From Candidatus Borrarchaeum weybense (GTDB taxonomy: Archaea > Asgardarchaeota > Sifarchaeia > Borrarchaeales > Borrarchaeaceae), in NCBI GenBank assembly GCA_019057385.1, contig JAHQJS010000001.1:139425-158840 (forward strand): DNA of 19,416 nucleotides, written 5' to 3'. Positions 1-6,981 of the stretch are shown here, piece after piece (position 1 is the stretch's first letter; every line of letters begins with the position of its first letter). The position numbers and the translations under genes are program-made. Below the pieces are notes generated by a model, which saw only the letters and a program-made list of their open reading frames with translations, searched no databases and was not told where the DNA came from.

Positions 1-287
1 ACGGCCTCCTCTTTCCAAATACACGAGCATTCTTTCCTTGTGCAGAGTGGATTTCTATATTTTACCTCCAAATATTTTTCTTCGGTTATCTCCTCAAGTG
101 TTGTATTACAAAACCATTCTTTCTCGCCGCTATCAAACTTTAATCGAACCTGACTAAAACAAAGATAATCACACTCTACTTTGATAACCTCAGCTACTTT
201 TCCTATGAAGCGTTCTTTTCCCTCATCAGTATTTCCGAAGTTATCCTCTACTAGTGCATATCTTTTCTCTTTTTTCTTCTTGCTCAT
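1..287 (-). CDS. Hypothetical protein (3' end runs off the window), possibly a small beta-barrel fold
   Basis: Translated by hand: ATG at 287, directly after the stop of 288..1064; open to the window edge (MSKKKKEKRYALVEDNFG...FIGKVAEVIKV...VRLKFDSGEKEWF...). Not in the ORF track. Confidence 0.7.
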   Translation of the reverse strand, partial: MSKKKKEKRYALVEDNFGNTDEGKERFIGKVAEVIKVECDYLCFSQVRLKFDSGEKEWFCNTTLEEITEEKYLEVKYRNPLCTRKECSCIWKEEA

Positions 288-1064
288 TTACCTTTTCTTC
301 AGAAAATTAATAACTTTCTTGGGATGCTCCTCAAAGTTTCTTCTCAAAATATTTTCAAGAGCGTAATTCCAATCTCTTTTTTGATCCGGATTCATCAAGT
401 GCCATGCAATAGCATCCGTCCTAAGTATTCCCCGACCATCCGCTCTACTTAAAATGAAATCTTCCAATGGAGCGTCATCAGGTAAGTTCTTCAAAGCTTT
501 TAACAGCTTCGGAGCACTAGCTGATCTAAATAGTACTCCACTGATTCCACCATAATCAATTTCAATAGTTTTGGGAAAGTTGTATCTAAAAAAGGCGTAC
601 TGATATTGACTAACGTTATCAGGAGGACCATCTACCGGAGTAGTAGAAAAATCAGGCTTTCCAATCTCATTGTTAGGTAAGAGAAACAAGCCACAGGCAA
701 AATTAACCGGACTATTATCCGCAGCCAAATTAAACTTCATGGTAGCTCTAATCTTCTCCAGGTAATCTGATTCCAATAATGCATCATCATCTACAAACAT
801 GAAGTATATTGGATCGCTAACTCCCTCCAGCAATTTCCTTCTGGCAGCGATAATTGGGATAGTTTTATTGCTTCTCAGATAAACTACCTCAACCCCTTTC
901 TCAGCTAAGATATCAAATACCATACGAACCACATAATTTGACGTGATGGGCTGTGCTCCATTATCAAGTATGGTTATTTTATCAGGAAGCAAGGTTTGAA
1001 ACGCCAAGGCTTGCAAACACAAACCAATCACCTCTTTCCTTCTCGTGGGTATCAATATCTGCAT
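288..1064 (-). CDS. Glycosyltransferase family 2 (GT-A fold)
   Basis: N-terminal ILIPT..R, CLQALAFQT, ILDNG, DxD-type motif MFVDDDALL, later ED motif (PLEDF) and WH. Confidence 0.8.
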   Translation of the reverse strand: MQILIPTRRKEVIGLCLQALAFQTLLPDKITILDNGAQPITSNYVVRMVFDILAEKGVEVVYLRSNKTIPIIAARRKLLEGVSDPIYFMFVDDDALLESDYLEKIRATMKFNLAADNSPVNFACGLFLLPNNEIGKPDFSTTPVDGPPDNVSQYQYAFFRYNFPKTIEIDYGGISGVLFRSASAPKLLKALKNLPDDAPLEDFILSRADGRGILRTDAIAWHLMNPDQKRDWNYALENILRRNFEEHPKKVINFLKKR

Positions 1065-1066
1065 GC

Positions 1067-1831
1067 TTATGCCCTCAAAGAATCAAAGTCAATAATTTTA
1101 TTCTCAATACTTTTAATATCTTTCAATTCACATTCCCAAATAACTAAAGTTTGATATCCATATTGTGTGAAGTGATCCACTCTCTCTTGCTCATGCTGCT
1201 CTTTAGAAATACCTGTAACTTCTTCAGAATGCCAGTAGTCGCCGAATAGTTCGATGATTTTCTTTTGTCCGTTGATGTTGATGAAGTCGGGGCATTTACC
1301 AGCAAGGATAAACTGCCCATCACCAACATACTTCCATTCATTAGGAAACAGTTTCTGGAGAAGTTTTGTCAGGAACTTTTCTGGTTTGTTCGGTTTAACT
1401 TTATTCCCAAGTAATGTAGCTCGAACATTATAACTTCTATTCACAGGATTTTGCCAGTATTTTATCTTCTCAATCCTCTTCCTTTCTTGAGCTCCTAAAC
1501 AATTTACACGAATCTTAGCAGAAGCGCTCATCTTATTTCTCACTTTGAGAGAGCTTAAACTGGCCATCATCACGATACTATGTTTAATATGTTCTTCCGG
1601 CCGAGACCATCTCTTCCTTTGACCAGCACTTGCTGCAGCACGATGTTCTGCAGAACGAGGAGGTAGAATTCTCCCCTTATTCTTTCCTATCATTGAAGCC
1701 CGATGGTTAGCACGATGTTCTGCAGAACGAGGAGGTTTCTTCTTTCCCTTCAAAAAGCTACTCTGCTTTGCCCTAACCTCAGGTGTCCTCTCGTATTTAC
1801 CTCTTAGCCCCCTCCAATCCTGAAGGTCCAA
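1067..1831 (-). CDS. Putative homing endonuclease: NUMOD3-like DNA-binding repeats plus a Vsr/DUF559-like PD-(D/E)xK nuclease domain
   Basis: Basic repeats PPRSAEHRA x2; C-terminal CPDFIN..KKIIELFGDYWH...GYQTLVIWECEL. Start uncertain (TTG inside the upstream ORF). Confidence 0.8.
   Translation of the reverse strand: MDLQDWRGLRGKYERTPEVRAKQSSFLKGKKKPPRSAEHRANHRASMIGKNKGRILPPRSAEHRAAASAGQRKRWSRPEEHIKHSIVMMASLSSLKVRNKMSASAKIRVNCLGAQERKRIEKIKYWQNPVNRSYNVRATLLGNKVKPNKPEKFLTKLLQKLFPNEWKYVGDGQFILAGKCPDFININGQKKIIELFGDYWHSEEVTGISKEQHEQERVDHFTQYGYQTLVIWECELKDIKSIENKIIDFDSLRA
1637..1736. repeat. 28-bp perfect direct repeat (AGCACGATGTTCTGCAGAACGAGGAGGT) at 1637-1664 and 1709-1736, period 72 bp
   Basis: Read directly; encodes the duplicated PPRSAEHRA motif. 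Confidence 0.95.
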
Positions 1832-2121
1832 TCACTCTCAGGCCAAAGTTCAAAATCTAAATCTTTGTCAAACGTCCCAGATAGAAACCCTTTTCCTTCT
1901 AACACAACTTCCCCTCCAGAAATCAAAATCCAATATGACATTTTTGGATGAGGTTTCAAAACTTCACGAATGCTATATTCATCAAGGAATGTCCCTCTTA
2001 TAGGCAATCTAAGAACGTTAAATTTACCGTGCACATATCCTTGAACATGTATGTCAGACACATTAACTATTCCAATAGATTCCTCTTTCAACTGAGCATA
2101 CTCATAAAACGGATCCTCCAT
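1804..2121 (-). CDS. Hypothetical protein
   Basis: 105-aa ORF, GGAGG Shine-Dalgarno upstream of the ATG, co-directional with neighbours. Confidence 0.7.
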   Translation of the reverse strand: MEDPFYEYAQLKEESIGIVNVSDIHVQGYVHGKFNVLRLPIRGTFLDEYSIREVLKPHPKMSYWILISGGEVVLEGKGFLSGTFDKDLDFELWPESDWTFRIGGG

Positions 2122-2166
2122 TTACATCCTCCAGTAACCTAACTACATTCCTCTACAACTTAGAAA

Positions 2167-3180
2167 CTATGAATCTCCATCACTTTGATGGGAAAAGTTT
2201 TTCTTTCCAAGTTCCGCCTGGTTTTCTAAGGCATATTTATTTGTTTCGATCATGTGATCCCAAGCGCACCCAGGACATCTGGCTATTACTTCTTTGAAAT
2301 TCTGATGTATCTCTCTTGGGTACAGTGGAATATCAAATATTGAATACGGATGAGATAGTGGACGATCTATACAAGCCATCAACGATCCATCAGGATTCAC
2401 AGCTGGGCAAGCCCATTCGCTGCAATGCCAATCCTGATGTATGCCCCACTTCGCCCAACTCTCAAAATATGCTTTTCCATTGTGAAGCATCAATTTATCA
2501 TAGTTATCTATAAACCATTGAGCAACTGCGGCTACCATCCATTCATCTTCTTCTCTAAAATCCAAACTCCTGTTGTTATCATCTATCGGACCTCTATACC
2601 ACCAATACATACTTTCTTCTGGCGGGCAAACATGAAAGAATGATAGAATACTCCAAATTTTTCTATCTGAAAAATACTTAACTATATCTGGAAGCAATCG
2701 AATATTTTCCCGAGTTATGGCCATGTTCGCAACCTTGTCACACTCCGGATAGTCCTCTAACAATTTCAATAGCAACTTATGACCAACATCACTTTTCAAA
2801 TCGTCATGGAATTTTGTGGTAGGTGTCAAGGTATTAACTGACGCGCTTATCCCATAAGGCTTGGCGTCAAGAATTCTTTCATAGTAAGTTCTATCCTTCA
2901 CCAATCGAACAGCATTAGTTATGATCGTATGAGGCATGTTGATATAGTTGAGATGCTTAACTAACTCGGGAAGATCTTCCCTAAGTGTTGGTTCTCCTCC
3001 GAAGAGAACTACAAAACCAACACCAAACTCTTTCATAATATCAAAAGCTGATATCCATTCTTGAGTATCCATCTCATAGGCTGATTGATAGTTAATAACA
3101 TTGCATCCTCTGCATCTAAGATTACATTTTCTAGTTAGAAAAATGCATGTCTTCTGCCAGTGCTTAAACAGATCGTACAT
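2167..3180 (-). CDS. Radical SAM protein with a C-terminal SPASM/twitch-like Cys cluster
   Basis: CNLRCRGC (CxxxCxxC), GGEPTLR, ITN; C-terminal C..WAC.AVNPDGSLMAC...CPGC. Start ATG 3180 or TTG 3186. Confidence 0.9.
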   Translation of the reverse strand: MYDLFKHWQKTCIFLTRKCNLRCRGCNVINYQSAYEMDTQEWISAFDIMKEFGVGFVVLFGGEPTLREDLPELVKHLNYINMPHTIITNAVRLVKDRTYYERILDAKPYGISASVNTLTPTTKFHDDLKSDVGHKLLLKLLEDYPECDKVANMAITRENIRLLPDIVKYFSDRKIWSILSFFHVCPPEESMYWWYRGPIDDNNRSLDFREEDEWMVAAVAQWFIDNYDKLMLHNGKAYFESWAKWGIHQDWHCSEWACPAVNPDGSLMACIDRPLSHPYSIFDIPLYPREIHQNFKEVIARCPGCAWDHMIETNKYALENQAELGKKNFSHQSDGDS

Positions 3181-3478
3181 TATCAACTCGCTTTCTTCTT
3201 CGCTTTTGCCTCTTCTTTTGTTCTTTACTAATTTTCAGATCTATATCAGATTCACAAACTATGAAAGATAAACCAGCAAGATGGTCAGTTTCATTGGCTA
3301 GCATTGCTTCAGAAACATCCTTTATATTTTTCAATCTTTTCCTTAAGCTAATGATGTGGCATAAATAAACATAGATAATAAATAAAGTCAAGAAGAAAGG
3401 AACAACTAATGATAAAGCAAGAGCTAAAAGCTTTAAGAATAAAAGCAGGCTTATTCCTTCAAACACTTGCATGGTCAT
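3164..3478 (-). CDS. Small membrane protein, paralog of 11264..11521
   Basis: Long hydrophobic N-terminus, then LRKRLKNI...LSFIVCESDIDL and a basic tail. Confidence 0.7.
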   Translation of the reverse strand: MTMQVFEGISLLLFLKLLALALSLVVPFFLTLFIIYVYLCHIISLRKRLKNIKDVSEAMLANETDHLAGLSFIVCESDIDLKISKEQKKRQKRRRKRVDNVRSV

Positions 3479-4439
3479 TTCCCAATTCTATAACTCTGTT
3501 GTTGTAGTCAACACACACATCCAAACAGTTTTCGCAACAGATAGGATCATCCAAACAGTTATGATTATTGAACCACTCGAGCCTTTCTTGCCGGACATTA
3601 TCACCAAGCTTTCCTATTGGAGCTCCTCGCTCTCTTAAATAGATAATACAAGGATAATGATAACCATTCTCAGCAGCCATGTCATCCAGAACTAATGGAC
3701 ACTGATCATTATCAGTTTTCGAAATACCTCTGATTGGTCTGCCCTTTTGAATGTTTCCAATCCTGTAATTAAGTATAGGATGACAAACCAAGATTTCCGG
3801 ATCTATAGTCAAAAGAGGTAACTGTTTGCTAACCTGTGCTGCTGGAATAATCCTGATATCTGCAACTCCAAGATTGTGAGCGAATTCAATTATTTCTTCC
3901 GCGTCATGAACGTTATCTTCAGTAAATACAACTCCCACCGTTACATATGTCCAATGAGAAAGTTTTCTGATGTTTGATACAACCTTATCCCAAACCGTAG
4001 CATTGTCAATTCCCGCCATTGCTTTTCCAGCTGAAACACAGCAAGCATCTAACGAAATGGAAAAATCATTAACTCCAGCATCAATAAGATCTAAATACAC
4101 TTCAAGGTCTGCCGAACCATTGGTAGAAATAGCGATTCTCTCAACTCCGTACATATCACATAGTCCAACGGCATCTCTAAGATGAGACCATAAAGTAGGC
4201 TCGCCACCAGAGAATCTTACATTTCGAAGGCCGTTCGTGATCCATAGATTTAGCACTTCCCAAGCTTCTTCTCTTGAAAGATCATAAAAATCTCTTTTTC
4301 TACAGTATGGACAATTGAAATTGCATCGAGAAGTGACAAGAAGTTCGCATCGCCAGAGAGGCGTTTCATGAGAACAATTAGCTGCCCTTTCATCCTCTAG
4401 AGTGTAAAATCCAATAGAATGTAGTTTATCTTTACTCAT
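3459..4439 (-). CDS. Radical SAM protein
   Basis: CNFNCPYC, RFSGGEPT, ISTNGS, SISLD; C-terminal CPL...YPC...C..DPICCENCLDVC. Start ATG 4439 or TTG 4457. Confidence 0.9.
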   Translation of the reverse strand: MSKDKLHSIGFYTLEDERAANCSHETPLWRCELLVTSRCNFNCPYCRKRDFYDLSREEAWEVLNLWITNGLRNVRFSGGEPTLWSHLRDAVGLCDMYGVERIAISTNGSADLEVYLDLIDAGVNDFSISLDACCVSAGKAMAGIDNATVWDKVVSNIRKLSHWTYVTVGVVFTEDNVHDAEEIIEFAHNLGVADIRIIPAAQVSKQLPLLTIDPEILVCHPILNYRIGNIQKGRPIRGISKTDNDQCPLVLDDMAAENGYHYPCIIYLRERGAPIGKLGDNVRQERLEWFNNHNCLDDPICCENCLDVCVDYNNRVIELGNDHASV

Positions 4440-4449
4440 CTTACTTTCA

Positions 4450-5304
4450 TTATACAAGACTCAGTTGGGAAATCAAACTATTAAATCCCAACTCAGTGAA
4501 AATTTCCAACAACTTTCCTCTATCATACTCCTTTATATTTAACTCATCAAAGTCAACTTTGATAGGAACACAGCAGTCGATAGTTGTTAACTTCTTGTTT
4601 AAGAGAATCTGATCTTTGAATTCCAGCAGCTTTTCCTTCTTCTTGCCTTTTATATCATCTATATGCTCAAACAATCCCTCAACTGAATCATATTTTCGTA
4701 TCCAATCAGCCGCAGTTTTAAATCCAATACTCGGAACACCTGGAATATTATCTGTAGAATCTCCTTGTAGAGCTAAGACATCAATGATATGCCGCGGCCA
4801 TATTCCATGCTTCTCTGCTAAGTCATCGATGGTAGTATACTTTCCTGTTTTCATATCAAGCATTCGAGCATTAAAGGATAGCAACTGTTGCATATCCTTA
4901 TCTTTAGAGCAGATGAAAACTTCATGCCCATCCTGCTGGGCTAATCTAGATACTGTTCCGATGATATCATCAGCTTCATATCCATCCATTCGAATTATAG
5001 GAATATTCATAGCTTCAAGTATCTGCTCAATCCTATCCCTTTGAATAATAAAATCACTGGATGGAAGTGAACGATTAGCCTTATACTCACTACTTAGATC
5101 ACATCGGAAAGTTTTGGTTCTCCCCTCCATAGCAACAGCCAGCATATCCGGGTCTTCCTCCCGGATTAACTTTAGCAAGGCAGTAGTAAAAATATATGTC
5201 GCCTTAGTTGGTTCTCCAGAAGGGCTGGTCAGATCGATTTGAAGAGGAGCATGATATGCTCTATGAATATGCAGATAACCATCTATTATAAAAAGACTCT
5301 TCAT
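4450..5304 (-). CDS. Stand-alone 5'-3' exonuclease / flap endonuclease (DNA polymerase I N-terminal domain type)
   Basis: IIDG, YKANR, GYEADDIIGT, SKDKD, and H3TH motif LQGDSTDNIPGVPSIGFKTA; ends at ELGFNSL with no polymerase domain. Confidence 0.92.
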   Translation of the reverse strand: MKSLFIIDGYLHIHRAYHAPLQIDLTSPSGEPTKATYIFTTALLKLIREEDPDMLAVAMEGRTKTFRCDLSSEYKANRSLPSSDFIIQRDRIEQILEAMNIPIIRMDGYEADDIIGTVSRLAQQDGHEVFICSKDKDMQQLLSFNARMLDMKTGKYTTIDDLAEKHGIWPRHIIDVLALQGDSTDNIPGVPSIGFKTAADWIRKYDSVEGLFEHIDDIKGKKKEKLLEFKDQILLNKKLTTIDCCVPIKVDFDELNIKEYDRGKLLEIFTELGFNSLISQLSLV

Positions 5305-5549
5305 TTATCAAAACCCATGATTTCATCATACTTTTTTTGTGCATCAACAGTCTTATATACAAAAGAGGATAAGGATACTCCACAATTAGGGAATCCCAAA
5401 TCTTCTTTTACATTTTTGTATGTTCCATTCATAAGCCAGCAATCACAATTAGAGCAAGCCCAATGAGAAAACAACGGAATTCCACTTTGATAATTCCGTT
5501 TCCAAAGCGCCAACTTTATTTGCTTTATCAGTTGCTTTATCAATTTCAT
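5301..5549 (-). CDS. Hypothetical protein (CxxC motif)
   Basis: ATG at 5549 forms an ATGA overlap with the upstream stop; its own stop overlaps the exonuclease start. Confidence 0.65.
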   Translation of the reverse strand: MKLIKQLIKQIKLALWKRNYQSGIPLFSHWACSNCDCWLMNGTYKNVKEDLGFPNCGVSLSSFVYKTVDAQKKYDEIMGFDK

Positions 5550-6050
5550 TTCTGCCCTCTTATCTGGCTCGTAACCACGTTGATATCTCGATGATTCCAA
5601 CAATGAAACTTACATGCTTCACAATCATCATGGCATGTAAAAAATTTCTCCGAACCCGGTGTTCCTATTATCGCAGCTTGTGGAAATACTCCGCTCCACT
5701 TTCGGGTAGTATCAGTTGATTCTCTTACTATAAAGTTCGCCGGAAGCACCTTTTTCATATATTTTAAGAAGCCAACTCTCCGAGTATTTGTTCTAAAAAT
5801 GATAAACGGAAACATCTCCGCTATTTTCGCCCACTTATCAATATATTCTTTGCTATAGAAATCTCCGGTAATGTGGACTCTAATATATTTGAGTGATTTC
5901 CTACGGCTTATCTCAGCCATCATCTTAGCGGCGAAATTTTTCTTCAGGCTCTGCTTATACCGCCACTTATGAACGGCCTTAATACTATGCCATAAAAATC
6001 CCCACGCTCCTTGGCATTGTCGAATTTCCTGCGACGAGAAGATTTTTCAT
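5546..6050 (-). pseudogene. GP88-like protein, disrupted by a frame-shifting deletion near 5990-6000
   Basis: ATG at 6050 (TAATG overlap) reads MKNLLVAGNSTMPRSVGIFMA*; the +1 frame continues LWHSIKAVHKWRYKQS...YIRVHITGDFYSKEYIDKW...C..DCEAC..HCW. RxHxxGDF and the C-terminal Cys pattern fit GP88, but the expected N-terminal Cys triad is absent. Confidence 0.65.
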
Positions 6051-6580
6051 TAGTTGATCTTGACGCCCGTAGGAGCACCAATTGCATTCGTAAGCGGGAA
6101 CGGAGATACTATAATTTCTGGTTCGATGTATACTGGCCTTGGATCTCCCGTTGCTGGATCAATCATCATCAACCATGTTGCCGAAAGAGTTTGAGGCATA
6201 AACAGGCCGTTCGGTTCAGGTTGAGGCAAGGTTCCAAAGGATCCACCGTTATAATTTACTTGGTGAACAATCCTTTCGGGATTGGAAAACTGAACACAAT
6301 ATGGAAGACCATATCCTATGCATTTTCCAAGATAGACCGCTTTGCCCTCAAGACTTTTCAAATAGGCATAGCAGACCAAGCCTTCTTGATCTCTCAGCTC
6401 GTATAACATCTCTTGATAGTTAACAATAGCAGGCATACCCACCTGCGCATTTGCCTCCTGCATAGCCTGAGCTGTTTTCCTTGCTTGATCCTTATCCGCA
6501 TCTGTAGGTTCGAAATCCTCATCACATCCCACGAGGATAAATGCGAATAGCATCAGCATAATTAACATGTACTTCTTCAT
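6050..6580 (-). CDS. Lipoprotein of unknown function
   Basis: Signal peptide MKK + hydrophobic stretch + lipobox LVGC (Cys19, Asp at +2); distinctive segments YELRDQ, GYGLPY..QFSNP, PQPEPNGLF, ATW, PVYIEP. Confidence 0.8.
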   Translation of the reverse strand: MKKYMLIMLMLFAFILVGCDEDFEPTDADKDQARKTAQAMQEANAQVGMPAIVNYQEMLYELRDQEGLVCYAYLKSLEGKAVYLGKCIGYGLPYCVQFSNPERIVHQVNYNGGSFGTLPQPEPNGLFMPQTLSATWLMMIDPATGDPRPVYIEPEIIVSPFPLTNAIGAPTGVKIN

Positions 6581-6621
6581 TTTTCACCCTTTCAAATAGT
6601 AGTCAGATAAACGTTTCAATT

Positions 6622-6966
6622 TTAGTAGTCAGACGGATACTTCATCTTTCGCAGGAAAGATTGCAGTTCTGGACTATCGATCAAGTTCTCATCATAATCT
6701 GCAAATGAATGACGAATGGTGCTTGCAATAGCCTTCTTCTCGTCCTCACTCTGGGCTCGGAGGTAATCAAGCCGATATTTGATGAGCTCCTGTTCTTTTC
6801 CCTCATTGTAGCTTCGCGTTTGCTTAAACACTTCACGACGAACAGCCTCTTTCTTCGGGCCAAAGAAACCATACCATTTGATTCCCGCCCATTCCAGTCC
6901 GAACGCTGCGGATAGCAACAACACAATTATCACTATGCTAAGCGCTACATAACCAACATATCTCAT
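6622..6966 (-). CDS. Membrane-anchored hypothetical protein
   Basis: N-terminal hydrophobic helix then a helical soluble part (VRREVFKQTRSYNEG); GGAGG SD. Confidence 0.8.
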   Translation of the reverse strand: MRYVGYVALSIVIIVLLLSAAFGLEWAGIKWYGFFGPKKEAVRREVFKQTRSYNEGKEQELIKYRLDYLRAQSEDEKKAIASTIRHSFADYDENLIDSPELQSFLRKMKYPSDY

Positions 6967-6981
6967 TTTTCAACCCTCCAA

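Noticed and set aside
1067-1831. Group I intron or intein housing the endonuclease
   Set aside because: The ORF abuts or overlaps both neighbours, leaving no room for intron core structure; no intein terminal motifs; the GT2 gene starts intact.
5985-6005. Programmed ribosomal frameshift at GGGGATTTTTA
   Set aside because: It would need a +1 shift and would still give a protein lacking the expected Cys segment; a deletion is the simpler explanation.
6050-6966. Two-component spanin (i-spanin/o-spanin)
   Set aside because: No holin or endolysin nearby, the lipoprotein is large and globular-looking with Asp+2, and the genes are not nested or overlapping.
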